DNA of 64,000 bases from Octopus bimaculoides (Eukaryota). The first letter of the stretch is position 1; every line of letters starts with the position of its first letter. This document shows, in pieces, positions 1 to 14,519 of the stretch. The notes beneath the pieces were generated by a model. It did no database searches, had not been told where the DNA came from, and saw only the letters and a list, made by a program, of their open reading frames with translations. A program made the translations under genes and the position numbers. Location of the stretch: positions 13,937,936-14,001,935 of the forward strand of contig NC_068999.1 of assembly GCF_001194135.2 (NCBI RefSeq), in the 5' to 3' direction.

Positions 1-406
1 TGTGTACGTGTATATGTATGTTTGACTGTATATATATATGAGTACATATAACTATATATATAGTGGCCCTAGAGAAAGGTGTGTGTAGTGTGGTAGAGAC
101 AGAGCGAAATAAATTTGATGTTTCACAGCATATCCGTCTTTTGTTTTTTGTAGAGAATATTTTTTTCAAACAGTTAGTTTAAGACACGAAAATCATGCAT
201 GATGCATATAGACTTCAGTATACATATATATATATATATATATANNNNNNNNNNNNNNNNNNNNNNNNNNNNNNNNNNNNNNNNNNNNNNNNNNNNNNNN
301 NNNNNNNNNNNNNNNNNNNNNNNNNNNNNNNNNNNNNNNNNNNNNNNNNNNNNNNNNNNNNNNNNNNNNNNNNNNNNNNNNNNNNNNNNNNNNNNNNNNN
401 NNNNNN

Positions 407-441
<35 letters not shown>

Positions 442-3069
442 TGTGTGTGCGTATGTGTGTGTGTGTGTGTGTGTGAGTGTGTGTGAGTGTAAGTGTCTGT
501 GGGTGTGAATAATAACGTATCTATCATAACATAGATATACCCATCGTAATATGGTCGCGTAAGTTTCCGTGCATGTACATTTCTAACTCCAAGAAAAAAA
601 CCCTTTGATTTCCAGAATTGAAAAAAATAAACCTTGAGATATATCTAATGCCATCAAGAAATTTGCAATAATGAAACGATGTTCGTGGAACATTTAAGCA
701 CGGAATTCAATACTTGTTAATAAAATTTACTCTTGCACACTATTTCCTCTTTTAGAAACACTCTGCCTCTGTATATCCTACACTCCAATAATTTTGTTTT
801 TGACTTCTATATAATGTAAACGTGTAAACACATCCACACAGTTAGAGACTTATTGATATTTATACATATAGCTATCTGTATCTCTCTCACCAAATATATA
901 TATGTGTGCGTATCTGTATCTGTGAGTCTGTGTTTGTGTGTGTATGTATGTATATATATATATATNNNNNNNNNNNNNNNNNNNNNNNNNNNNNNNNNNN
1001 NNNNNNNNNNNNNNNNNNNNNNNNNNNNNNNNNNNNNNNNNNNNNNNNNNNNNNNNNNNNNNNNNNNNNNNNNNNNNNNNNNNNNNNNNNNNNNNNNNNN
1101 NNNNNNNNNNNNNNNNNNNNNNNNNNNNNNNNNNNNNNNNNNNNNNNNNNNNNNNNNNNNNNNNNNNNNNNNNNNNNNNNNNNNNNNNNNNNNNNNNNNN
1201 NNNNNNNNNNNNNNNNNNNNNNNNNNNNNNNNNNNNNNNNNNNNNNNNNNNNNNNNNNNNNNNNNNNNNNNNNNNNNNNNNNNNNNNNNNNNNNNNNNNN
1301 NNNNNNNNNNNNNNNNNNNNNNNNNNNNNNNNNNNNNNNNNNNNNNNNNNNNNNNNNNNNNNNNNNNNNNNNNNNNNNNNNNNNNNNNNNNNNNNNNNNN
1401 NNNNNNNNNNNNNNNNNNNNNNNNNNNNNNNNNNNNNTATATTGATATGTATATATATATATCGACTGGTACGCACAGAAACACATGTCATTTGTTTTAA
1501 TACATGAAATATATTATTCAGTCTCCAATAAATATTTCCATATTTATTTACACGCTTTTATTTCCTGGTTTTATTTGTTTGTAATAAAATCAATACACCA
1601 CACACACACGCATATACAAACACATACACACTCACACACACCCACATAATATAAAATCTTAGAGCTTTTCCCACAAAATATATGTTTATTCCTATGTTTA
1701 TTAATGCATATATTTATTTAGAGTTTTAATGGCGGTATTTAACTTACGTAGATCTCTATCAACAATAAAATGATATTTTGCAATTCCTGTCTGACATATT
1801 GAAATGGCGGATTTCGAACCTAATGCTATATTTCACTGGGGTTAAACGTTTTTACAAATCTTAAAACGTGGTTTGTCTGTTTTTAATTTTCCGCTGCTTA
1901 TCACCAGAACAAGATTCGTATTATATCGACATTGATAACAATTATGATATTGAAAAATAAAACTAGTGTATTGCCCATCTTGTCAAATCTGCTTTCGCTC
2001 ATGCTTTGGAAATAGATAAACTTATCTACCCAACTTCTATTTTCTGATTATTTGTTTTGTTTGTTCGAGAGGGAACTAAAGTCGAAATATATGCCTCTTC
2101 ACATTGTGTTTTGGTTCTAAAACTTGCGATGGCTTTGCAACTAATTTTAGCATCTGCCATCTGTAAGATATGTATTAATAAAGCAGGAGTCAAAATTTAC
2201 TGATTTTATCGAACTGACCTTTTATTCGGTTTGTCACTTAAGAGTGATTACTTAGATATGAATGACATTGAGTTATCCTCCTGTATGTCTTAGGCAATGA
2301 ACTTTGGGTTCCTGGTTTCGATACAATAGAAAATCGGTTTATACATAGCCATCATAGTGTCTTCTCAACTACAAAAGGAAAACAAACAAAGATGATAGCA
2401 ACAATGTAAACAACATACAGAACAACAATTTCAAATTTGATCAACTAGTAGAGGAAAAAATAGCATAGCCAGAATATAAACGACATGAAAACTAACAGAT
2501 TTAAAGTTACATAACTGTATTTACATAGTGAAGAATACAATATAGACGAACATCACGTTGCAATCTTAATTTATAAGGCTGGATTTCAAAGGATGGGCAA
2601 TCGCTTCCAGTTTGGCTGAGGATTAAACCTATTTAGAAGGAAAATATGTGTAAACCATGATTGACACTAGGCTGCGGCGATGCCTAAAGATGAATGACTG
2701 TAGAAGAACACCAGTTATGAAATTTCATATAACAAAAAGTCTGCAGCATCAGCAACAAATACAGCAGCATGAGTGGCAATAAGAATAAAGCTATCGTAGT
2801 AACATAAGGAAAACAGTACTTGTTTAACAGGAATTATATCTATCCATCTATCTATCTATTTGCCTGTCTATCTGTCAGACTGTCTGTCTGTTTCCCTGTC
2901 TGTTAGTCAGTCTGTCTATATCAATAATTATTCATATATTTGTGCATGTGGTTATATATATATATATATATATATATNNNNNNNNNNNNNNNNNNNNNNN
3001 NNNNNNNNNNNNNNNNNNNNNNNNNNNNNNNNNNNNNNNNNNTATACATATATATATATATTATGTATG

Positions 3070-3386
3070 TACTTGCTGTTGGACCTGGCGTTGCTCGTAT
3101 TTTCCGTGTAGAAGTTAAGCCCACTTCTGACCTTGTATTGATATCTTCTACGATCCCCGTGCCAACTGTTATCCAATAATATATTTGGTTCCATTGAGCT
3201 CACAAGCATCGATGCTAAGTAGGCAGTATCGAGTTTTCGAAAAATTCCGGCCTTATTTGAACTTCAGGGCATGTGATATACCTATGTGCCAAACATCATT
3301 AAAATCAGTTGAATGGTGTGGGAAGAGATATAGTAACCCCAAACTCACAAACAGACAGACACCATTACACATTTATGTATATAGAT
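3070..3386 (+). mobile_element. Non-autonomous Helitron/Helentron-like (HINE/Lep1-type) element
   Basis: Starts TACTTGCTGTTGGACCTGGCGTTGCTCG. The 3' block CCTATGTGCCAAACATCATTAAAATCAG...ACAAACAGACAGAC...TATATAGAT matches the layout of invertebrate non-autonomous rolling-circle elements. Recognised by pattern only. Confidence 0.45.
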
Positions 3387-6202
3387 TATATATATATATA
3401 TATTTCTGTATATACGAAAACTGAAAGACAATTTCAATTATCTTCTCAGGGTCAGTTGTAATACAAAAAGAATATATATAATAAAAGAAATATGCACAAT
3501 TTACATAGTTTTAATAGATTTTGAATGTAAGAGTGTTGTGGTTGTCGACGGGTTTCTCTTTCGCTAATCTTCCGATGCACTAGAGATGTTGGTCTTAATC
3601 GTGAACCTTTTTCCTTGTTTCAGTTGGAATTCCTAGTTTTCCAGTATGTTGGGGCATGTTATACATTTCCACATTTCTCATAATATTGTAATAAAAATCT
3701 GCATTGCGTGAGACATATTACGATGTCTTTCTCTTAAATTTACGCCATCAAATACCTGCGCACTAGGGTCACGACTGTGTGTTAAAGAACTTACAGAAAA
3801 GGTACACATAGATTATAATCATTTAGTAATATTTATTTTAAATGTTGGCGTCATGTTCACACAGACTTTAGAAGCTGTTGGGTTTAACCCAATGTAAATT
3901 CTTTCTTTCATTAATATCTATGTCCCAGCTTCTAAAAATACTAATTATGACTGAACATAATAAGCGTTTATTTGGTAGGGAAGCATTTATAATGTTTATG
4001 TATGTCTTTTATTTTTGCTCCCATCGTTTCAACCACATTGCGACGCGTTTACCTTCTTTCTCTCTTTATCTCTCGGATACTCCCTATGTCTTTCTCTTTT
4101 CTTTCATGTCCCTCCCCCCAATTATACATCATTTAATGCCTTCACATTTCATACGTGACTGCGTGTGGTGTATATATATAAACAACAAAATTGTGAGGAA
4201 CACGAAGAGGAAGAGAAAGAAACAGGGAGTAACCGAGAGATAAAGACAGAAAGAAGGCAAAAACGTCGCAATTATTACTCGTTTTATATGTATATATATA
4301 AGTTATGTGAACTCGAATTTCACTGTTCATTTTTCTCTCAGTTTCGACCTACTTTATTTACACGAACATAAATAAAGACACACACGCGATCTCATTAATA
4401 TATACACATGCATATATATTTATATGCACAACTGTATATATATATATATATATATATACAGGCAAATCCATATACACATGAGCATGCATATATGCACACA
4501 TGTATGTGTATATATATATATATATACGTATACATACATATGTATACATATACACATATACACAGATGTGTGTATGTATATGTGTGAGAGGGTGCGTGCA
4601 TTTTTATAAATTGGGTTTACGGTCAAGTTTAACATTATAGCTAGCATATATACATATATATATAATATATTATNNNNNNNNNNNNNNNNNNNNNNNNNNN
4701 NNNNNNNNNNNNNNNNNNNNNNNNNNNNNNNNNNNNNNNNNNNNNNNNNNNNNNNNNNNNNNNNNNNNNNNNNNNNNNNNNNNNNNNNNNNNNNNNNNNN
4801 NNNNNNNNNNNNNNNNNNNNNNNNNNNNNNNNNNNNNNNNNNNNNNNNNNNNNNNNNNNNNNNNNNNNNNNNNNNNNNNNNNNNNNNNNNNNNNNNNNNN
4901 NNNNNNNNNNNNNNNNNNNNNNNNNNNNNNNNNNNNNNNNNNNNNNNNNNNNNNNNNNNNNNNNNNNNNNNNNNNNNNNNNNNNNNNNNNNNNNNNNNNN
5001 NNNNNNNNNNNNNNNNNNNNNNNNNNNNNNNNNNNNNNNNNNNNNNNNNNNNNNNNNNNNNNNNNNNNNNNNNNNNNNNNNNNNNNNNNNNNNNNNNNNN
5101 NNNNNNNNNNNNNNNNNNNNNNNNNNNNNNNNNNNNNNNNNNNNNNNNNNNNNNNNNNNNNNNNNNNNNNNNNNNNNNNNNNNNNNNNNNNNNNNNNNNN
5201 NNNNNNNNNNNNNNNNNNNNNNNNNNNNNNNNNNNNNNNNNNNNNNNNNNNNNNNNNNNNNNNNNNNNNNNNNNNNNNNNNNNNNNNNNNNNNNNNNNNN
5301 NNNNNNNNNNNNNNNNNNNNNNNNNNNNNNNNNNNNNNNNNNNNNNNNNNNNNNNNNNNNNNNNNNNNNNNNNNNNNNNNNNNNNNNNNNNNNNNNNNNN
5401 NNNNNNNNNNNNNNNNNNNNNNNNNNNNNNNNNNNNNNNNNNNNNNNNNNNNNNNNNNNNNNNNNNNNNNNNNNNNNNNNNNNNNNNNNNNNNNNNNNNN
5501 NNNNNNNNNNNNNNNNNNNNNNNNNNNNNNNNNNNNNNNNNNNNNNNNNNNNNNNNNNNNNNNNNNNNNNNNNNNNNNNNNATATATATATATATATATA
5601 CACATACATATGTGTACATATATATATACATGTGTATATATACATTTGTGCATATAAATATATATATGAGATGTGTGTGTGTTTGTGTGTATGTGTGTGC
5701 GTGCGTGTTTGTTTATGTCGGTATTAACACGGAGATGCAAGTCGGAACTTAGAGAGAAATTAACAATGAAAGTGGAGTGTACACCACCTCGACTAACGCT
5801 AATATAGTAAATTAATAAATTCGTGGATAAATATAGTTTTGTGTGGTATTCGTTTATGACTGTCCATATTTTTTTCTTTATTTGTTTCAGTTATATTACA
5901 ATTATGATAGCCGCGCCTTTCGATTATTGGTCCAAAAAATTGGACCTAGTACACCTAATAATATTTTACGAATCACGAAATCACAGAGATGTAAACAGTA
6001 AAGAAAGGTATAGGTCGCATGCCAAAGTCACCAACTAGTGGGACTTTATTCAGCACCATGTGGTTAGAAAGGCAAACTTCTTACTTTTTTGTCTCATTAC
6101 TTCGCGCCTAACTAATTTTAACTGATCAAATTATACTAAACGCATGGGCTTTTCATCAAACTTTAGTAATACTGATAGATTTTACAGATTTGTTTATGGG
6201 TG

Positions 6203-6244
<42 letters not shown>

Positions 6245-6683
6245 NNNNNNNNNNNNNNNNNNNNNNNNNNNNNNNNNNNNNNNNNNNNNNNNNNNNNNNN
6301 NNNNNNNNNNNNNNNNNNNNNNNNNNNNNNNNNNNNNNNNNNNNNNNNNNNNNNNNNNNNNNNNNNNNNNNNNNNNNNNNNNNNNNNNNNNNNNNNNNNN
6401 NNNNNNNNNNNNNNNNNNNNNNNNNNNNNNNNNNNNNNNNNNNNNNNNNNNNNNNNNNNNNNNNNNNNNNNNNNNNNNNNNNNNNNNNNNNNNNNNNNNN
6501 NNNNNNNNNNNNNNNNNNNNNNNNNNNNNNNNNNNNNNNNNNNNNNNNNNNNNNNNNNNNNNNNNNNNNNNNNNNNNNNNNNNNNNNNNNNNNNNNNNNN
6601 NNNNNNNNNNNNNNNNNNNNNNNNNNNNNNNNNNNNNNNNNNNNNNNNNNNNNNNNNNNNNNNNNNNNNNNNNNNNNNNNNNN

Positions 6684-6724
<41 letters not shown>

Positions 6725-9210
6725 CACTCATACATGAAATGAGTAACCATGTAGTATTTGTAGCTTCAACCATACGAGTCATTGTTTGTTATGAAAATAT
6801 TGATGATGAAATCTCTGATGATATTTGGTTTAACTGTGTCGGCACCATCTTACAAAAAACAAAAAGAAGTAAAACAAGATTCTCTGAAGAATATCACACA
6901 CTATCATTCGAATAATCTCTAAGAGAAAGTGTAAATATTGGATACATGAAACTGGCATCAAAATAATGTCTTCGGCAAAGATATGTGGCGACATATACAG
7001 ACGCAGTACTGGAGCAGAAGTATCAAAAAGGAATAAAAAAAAAAGACTTCTTTGTGAAAGTGAAAATATGCACACTAAGATATTTTGGGGAAAAAAACAT
7101 AGATAAATAAAATCAAATTGTATAAGATTTAGGCAGTGATTGATGACGACATTTAAGGGATGAAATGAAAAGAGAAAGTGACAAAAAATTATTTGTACGT
7201 AATAAAATAAAAAAGAATATATAAAATCCTGGTACTTAAAGGAAAACATATAAAGGTAGAAAAGTATTGGGAAATATCACTGGCTAGAAATAAGGTTTAT
7301 GTCGTCTCAAAACTATTGCAAGATGAAATATTGTAATATTTGTTTTTATACATTTAGATATATCTTCGCTTGTAAGGTTGGATAAAATGGTTTCATCTTA
7401 TTTATTTTTTCTTCAGTGAGTCGCAGCATATAAATGGGCCATTATCAATATTTTTTTATCATTTCTATTTCCACTTGGTTGTCTTATAAGTACCTATGTA
7501 TATATATATATGTATGTATGCATGTATCTATATCTATATATGTATGTATGCATGTATCTANNNNNNNNNNTATATATACATATAGATAGATAGATATATA
7601 TAGTGTATACATGTGTGTATTCATGTACATATCTATGCATATACGTATGCGTATATATGTATGAATGTGCATATATATTCATATATCATCAGTTGTCAAA
7701 GAAGACGTAACCAATAAATGATGCATCATCATGATCAATAGGTTTACTTAATCTGTACAGCGAATTTCTTGATAGTGAAACGGAAGGATTCATTGCTGCT
7801 GAAACTTGTCTAAGACGCTTACAAAACAAATTAATCATAAGTATTGGAAACATTGCTTTTATATATTACGAGCTTCTCGTAAGAACAGTTACAGTGACTA
7901 TGTGCGGTATCGCAGCGATTCTGTCTATATATCAATATATTTCCTTACAATTCTTTGTTTGTTATTATTTTTAATACGAGTCGTAGAAACGTTTTTGTTG
8001 TCGTTTTTGGTTTAATTCGGTGCTGTGGAAACATGCCTATGCGTTATACGAGACAAAGTAGGAATACGAAATCTAACTAAACACATGTATGTATATATNN
8101 NNNNNNNNNNNNNNNNNNNNNNNNNNNNNNNNNNNNNNNNNNNNNNNNNNNNNNNNNNNNNNNNNNNNNNNNNNNNNNNNNNNNNNNNNNNNNNNNNNNN
8201 NNNNNNNNNNNNNNNNNNNNNNNNNNNNNNNNNNNNNNNNNNNNNNNNNNNNNNNNNNNNNNNNNNNNNNNNNNNNNNNNNNNNNNNNNNNNNNNNNNNN
8301 NNNNNNNNNNNNNNNNNNNNNNNNNNNNNNNNNNNNNNNNNNNNNNNNNNNNNNNNNNNNNNNNNNNNNNNNNNNNNNNNNNNNNNNNNNNNNNNNNNNN
8401 NNNNNNNNNNNNNNNNNNNNNNNNNNNNNNNNNNNNNNNNNNNNNNNNNNNNNNNNNNNNNNNNNNNNNNNNNNNNNNNNNNNNNNNNNNNNNNNNNNNN
8501 NNNNNNNNNNNNNNNNNNNNNNNNNNNNNNNNNNNNNNNNNNNNNNNNNNNNNNNNNNNNNNNNNNNNNNNNNNNNNNNNNNNNNNNNNNNNNNNNNNNN
8601 NNNNNNNNNNNNNNNNNNNNNNNNNNNNNNNNNNNNNNNNNNNNNNNNNNNNNNNNNNNNNNNNNNNNNNNNNNNNNNNNNNNNNNNNNNNNNNNNNNNN
8701 NNNNNNNNNNNNNNNNNNNNNNNNNNNNNNNNNNNNNNNNNNNNNNNNNNNNNNNNNNNNNNNNNNNNNNNNNNNNNNNNNNNNNNNNNNNNNNNNNNNN
8801 NNNNNNNNNNNNNNNNNNNNNNNNNNNNNNNNNNNNNNNNNNNNNNNNNNNNNNNNNNNNNNNNNNNNNNNNNNNNNNNNNNNNNNNNNNNNNNNNNNNN
8901 NNNNNNNNNNNNNNNNNNNNNNNNATATATATATATATATATATATGTATACATACATACATACATACATACTAATAAGATGAAATTTGACATCAAAAAG
9001 AACAAATATCTGTTCTGAAATATACTGGTCCCATTTTATTTTTATTTATTTATTTATTGACTTCTGAAACACACATACGAGAGGTATATTTTTCAGTCTT
9101 TCTTTCGTTCATCAACATTTTTGGCCAAGCTGCTTTCCCCACCACCACCTTCCTTCGCTTGAATATTTTTATATTTTCTAACTACAATTATGTATCCACA
9201 TCTATCTATA

Positions 9211-9242
<32 letters not shown>

Positions 9243-11890
9243 GAATTTTCTTTTTCTGTATCGATCTATCTAATTATCTATCTATCTATCTGGCTACATG
9301 TCAGTCTATCCATACATCACTCCCTCCACCTGTCAGTCTCTCACTATCACTGTTTATCTATCTCACTGTCAGTCTGCCTCTCAAACTCTCAGTCATACTG
9401 CATTTACTGCATACTTCACTGCATTCATGGATGTCACAAAAATAGCGTATTTTTTACGCACCAATACACATGTGTGAGGGCCTGTATGTAAATATCTGTG
9501 CATACGTGTTTGTGCGCGTATTCTTCCGTTTGAGAACGTTCATCGTTGCGGACGTTTTATATAGGTTGATATAAAATATATACAAATAGAATCTTATATA
9601 TATATNNNNNNNNNNNNNNNNNNNNNNNNNNNNNNNNNNNNNNNNNNNNNNNNNNNNNNNNNNNNNNNNNNNNNNNNNNNNNNNNNNNNNNNNNNNNNNN
9701 NNNNNNNNNNNNNNNNNNNNNNNNNNNNNNNNNNNNNNNNNNNNNNNNNNNNNNNNNNNNNNNNNNNNNNNNNNNNNNNNNNNNNNNNNNNNNNNNNNNN
9801 NNNNNNNNNNNNNNNNNNNNNNNNNNNNNNNNNNNNNNNNNNNNNNNNNNTATATATATGTATATATATCTATATACGTACGCTGGGTTATTTTTATTCG
9901 CTGATAACAAGAAATTGTCCACGGCTTTCTAGACATGCAAACGTTACGCTCTCTATTATACTCTCTCCCTCTATCTCGCTCTCTCTCTCTTACTGTTTTT
10001 TTCTTCTTTATGTGTACATATAACACCCACGCACATACGCATATGCTTAAAAAACACAAACACATATACACGTACATTTGTATAGATTTACATTAATATC
10101 TATAAGTATATAGTCGTGTTCAAGAAAGGATTTTTTACGTCACAGATATTCCTATATATGTTAAGAGAAGAGAGGAATAGTGAAATTGCGTTAAAGGAAA
10201 GCATATAGAAAGTCACTGATTAGAATCAACAACTATAAGAAAAAATAACAAACAATATTTCTTTGGATAAATGTTTAAATCTTTTTTCTTTCTTTCTTCT
10301 TTTGAAAATTTACAGAGTTCTCTTCGTTCGTATATTAACAACATTCTTGTTTCGTATTTATAATAAAATATATAGATTTGTTTTCTAGTTATTCATTCAT
10401 TTCTACTGATCCATCTCCATGTTTTCCATTTTCCGTTTAACTTCATATTTTACATTAGTTTACTTCACAATAGTTTTTTCCCAACTTTTTTATATGTGTT
10501 TGTGCGTGTGTGTGTAAGTGTGTGTGTGTGTGTGGTGTGTGCGTATGTGTGTGTATATATGTATGTATGCGTGTGTGCATGTGCGTGCGTGTGTGTGTGT
10601 GCGTATGTGTGTATGTGTGTGTGTGTGTGTGTCTGTGTCTGTGTGTGTGTCTTAGTGTATATGAATCAATAACAAAAATGTAATATGAATAAGTTTGGAT
10701 AAAGGGAAACATGAATTAAACGTGACGGAAAAAATGCACATATTTTTTTTAAGTATATAAATGTATTGATTTGATCGAATATCTTTATCTGTATCTATAT
10801 CGTTTCAGCACACCTTTATTCATGAATATTTGAAATGATATTAGCAAAAAATATTGAATTCTTTTATCAGATACTAGTCAATTGTTCAGGGTCTCTATAT
10901 CAATGGTGCCTTTTATTTATTCGTGTAGTTGTTATACTTGCTAAGTTAATGATGGATGCATTTAAACTAAATACGCAGAAGTACATTTTTATGTGAAAAC
11001 CGTAAACATGGAATTGAATGAACCAAACTAGTATCCTGTGCGCTGATGTTTCATCTGCCATAAATAACAACTACGTACCCTTTCATCTCACGTAACTAAT
11101 CCATGCAAACTGTAATCGAAGGCATTTCATCTAAGTCTGTAATGGTAATTCTTGATACGATCGTTCACTATTTAAAATGATAGAATATATCTGGTGTTTG
11201 AGTTTCAGTTATACTGAACAAGGCAAATGAAGACCTATATGTTCTTCTTAAGTGACAATCTTATAGATAATTTTTGGTAAAGTTACACATCTAAATATTT
11301 CATATTTTATTCATTACATTGCAGGGCATGAAACGAAAACATAAATACCAGAATTATTGATTTGATTTAGGGATCAATCTGAACATGCATAATTGATGTT
11401 CTATTTTACTACATGACACTGCTGATAAAACATATGTAATCTTTGTAGAAATGTACCACGGAGTTCTAAACTTTTCTAATTTTTCCATTTCTCATTGAGA
11501 AAGCTATTTCAGTGATGATATATTCTATTTATTTTTTCATCTAAAAGTTATCGACATCCGAAGGTAGAAAAATATTTCGGCAAGATCTTATCTAGGAAAA
11601 TACATGGATAGAAGTAAATATATTTTTGTGGTGCATTTCTTAATACTTCAGTACTAACACATCGGTGCGTTAGTAAAATTCACTGATAGAAGATAATGTA
11701 TTTTTGTTTTAGAATATAGTAAATGTACAGGCGAGAATTTCCGCTGCTAGAAACATTTTAATCTAATTTCAAATGGCGTTTCTGCTGTCTTATTACTGAA
11801 TTTCATTCTTCAACAGATTTAGGGTTGTATTATTTTTAACCAGAGTATATTTTCCAGCTTAGATATTCTTAGAAAACCTAATCTTAAACG

Positions 11891-12162
11891 TTGTTGTATT
11901 TGGGGACGGTCATGTTGCCAGTTTAGCCAATAAAAACACACGCAGTATATATTTCGTGTTCACTTCCTTCAGCTTAATTTCATATTAAATGTACTTCTGC
12001 CAGAGTCATTCGTCACACTTCTGTGACCTTATCAGTGACCCTTTGCATTCTCCTTTCTTATTTGTGTGTCTCTCCTTACTAATGATCTGTCATTTTGTGC
12101 ATATATAGTTCGTGTGTTTTTATTTGTTAAACCGGCAACATGACCATCTCCAAATACAACAA
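11891..12162. mobile_element. MITE with about 60-bp imperfect terminal inverted repeats
   Basis: Left end TTGTTGTATTTGGGGACGGTCATGTTGCCAGTTTAGCCAATAAAAACACACGCAGTATATAT. Right end reverse-complemented reads TTGTTGTATTTGGAGATGGTCATGTTGCCGGTTTAACAAATAAAAACACACGAACTATATAT. The interior is non-coding. Confidence 0.85.
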
Positions 12163-12231
12163 TATATGTTTCAACACACAAACTGAATATATAAACATAA
12201 TAGTAAAATATCTATCCATTCTTTTCTTCAG

Positions 12232-12356
12232 ATCCCTTTAGTCTGAACCTTCCCCTAGCAGATATATTTCCTGTTCTGAACACTTTTGAGGACCTTTGTT
12301 TCAGAAGCTTTTTTGACGGTGAACTATTAACGCTATTGATGTCCAAATATGCTTGA
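12232..12356 (+). CDS. Candidate terminal coding exon of an unknown gene (xPFSLNLPLADIFPVLNTFEDLCFRSFFDGELLTLLMSKYA*)
   Basis: Strong acceptor TCTATCCATTCTTTTCTTCAG, then 40 open codons of protein-like composition ending in TGA. No homology recognised. Confidence 0.2.
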
Positions 12357-13309
12357 AGACCAACCATGATATATGACCTATCATGCAGTTCGCACTCCGG
12401 CAACATATATATCTCACTTAGATAACTGGCATAAAAATCATTTAAGTAATTTTCAATTCGTTCTTAAAATATTTCTTTCTTGCAGTTAGTTGCACGTGCA
12501 GTTATAACATTTACACTTTACCGATAAGATAAAAGAATTTTGCTGAACATATTTCGAAATTGATGTTTTGATGTAGCAGTTGACTTACTTGTTTTACTAA
12601 GATTACTCTGTTCGTTTGTCAATTTAAATATTACCAACTTGACATAAATGATCATCATATTCTGCATGGAATATACACAGCTCTTATAGTTGGAATACCA
12701 TTTCTACATATAATAATAAATCATTTGAATAATGTATGATACTTTATACATATTGCAAAAGATGCACTAGACTTTGTTGCTTTTCGACAAGTGTTACATA
12801 TCCAACACATTTTATTTCAAATTTCATAGCAATGTCTTTTTGAATCATGACATAGCTTATCTCTTCCCACAGGTTTATTGATTTCAATCGGAAAATTATA
12901 ATCAGTGGAATAATCGTGAGAGAACTCAGAATTATCCTTTTCTGAAATTTAATGTGAAACTAGAATAACTGGAATCATCTTCTGTTAGCTTTCTCCTACT
13001 ACTGAAAGTAAATTGGTTTTCTACTATTTAACCTAGCAAACTGGAATGGTTTATGGACTTAGTGCAAGATAAAGAATATTTTGTTTTAAACGTGGTTACA
13101 TGTAGAGTAAAAAGAAATGATAAATTAACCGTCTGTTAACCTATTCAGGCGCCCTGGCGCCACTTATTTATCCCAATACTTTATGTGAAAGATCATTTTG
13201 GATTATTTTGAAACACCAAGAAATACCAATTTGAAAATTATGCATAATGCTCCATTATCTCAATAATCCTTTCAAATAAAAGCATGAGACCTGACATTTT
13301 TGTAGGGGG

Positions 13310-13400
13310 CTTGTCAATTAGATCGAGTCCAATACGTAACTAGTACTTAATTTATCAACCCCGAAATGATGAAAGGTAAAGTCGATCTCATCGGCATTTG
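13310..13400 (-). mobile_element. Degenerate fragment of the tRNA-derived SINE
   Basis: TAGTACTTAATTTATCAACCCCGAAATGATGAAAGGTAAAGTCGATCTCATCGGCATTTG is the reverse complement of the SINE core at 63759-63930. Confidence 0.65.
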
Positions 13401-14253
13401 GACGAAGACTTAGTGACGGGTGAAATACAACTAAGCATTTCGTCCAGCGTGGTAATGGTTCTGCCAGCTCAGCGCTTTCCCATTATCACAATAATGCATA
13501 CACTTTTAATCCATATATTTATAAATGTAAATACACGACATCAAGATATCTACAATGTGGATACAACCGATTGTGGTGCTGTTCAGGCCAATTCGAATCT
13601 GAAAGAGCACAGCTACAATTGTCTGTTCTTCGCATGCAATTTAGAAAAGTAAATCAATGCAGTTATATTTGTATCTCTATTTTAAAGATTTCAAACCGGT
13701 TTACAAGAACTCCACAGCAATTGAAACAGGGTGACCTACTCTGTAAAGTTCCTCGATGACTAGATTCCATAACTACTGAAATGGTTATTGGTAATATGAA
13801 TCCCTGTCACATGGATATTGGATATATTATTTTATCGAAACTAAAAACAAAAAAAATAATGGAAACAGGGAAGAAGCTACAGTACGTGTTGTGTAAAAAT
13901 AACTTTTGTACGATGCCAGTGACGAATATTTCTGGCAAAAAGAAAATGATTCCTAAAAATATATTATAAGAAACTGACTAGATACGATTCTGCAAAATGA
14001 TACAAACACGAGATTGTCATTTTGATTGCTGATATTTCCAATACTAAAAAAATATATCTAGAAATAGAGAGTAATTAATTTTCAAAATTTGTTTTCTGTG
14101 AGATATGCGTATTCAAAAATCTTGTATTGATATATATATAGATAGTGTTTCTATCCTATATATAAGCGATATGATTGTATGTGTATATCTATAGTTATTG
14201 TTGCTTTCCGTCATTCGATCATAATAGATTTCTTAATAATTTCCTCATTTACT

Positions 14254-14430
14254 AAGGTGACGAGCTGGCAAAACAGTTAGGAAGCCAGGCGAAATTCTCA
14301 GCGGCATTTCGGCCGTCTTCATGGCTTGCTTTTAAATTCTGCCAAAGTGGACTTTGCGTTTTATCTTTTCGAGGCCGATAAAAATAGTACCAGTAGTTAC
14401 TGGAGTCGATGCAATCGACTTAACCCTCGC
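14254..14430 (+). mobile_element. tRNA-derived SINE, same family as 63759
   Basis: AAGGTGACGAGCTGGCA head, GGCGAAAT...CAGCGGCATTTCG, and AGTACCAGT...GTCGATGCAATCGACTTAACCC core. Confidence 0.75.
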
Positions 14431-14481
14431 ACTTCAAAAAGGACCGCCCCTTTAGGAACAATTGATGCTTTGTTCGTGGCA

Positions 14482-14519
14482 AACCCTAACCCTAACCCTA
14501 ACCTTAACCCTAACACTAA
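14482..14519. repeat. Interstitial telomere-like (CCCTAA)n tract, about 6 units
   Basis: AACCCT AACCCT AACCCT AACCTT AACCCT AACACT AA, read directly. Confidence 0.85.

Noticed and set aside
6791-6922. 43-aa ORF resembling a signal peptide (MKILMMKSLMIFGLTVSAPSYKK...)
   Set aside because: It is too short, has a Lys in the h-region, and has no other support. Such ORFs are expected by chance in AT-rich DNA.
11060-11150. Minus-strand ITDLDEMPSITVC, similar to the DEG/ENaC PAVTIC motif
   Set aside because: A stop follows within three codons and there is no usable donor site.
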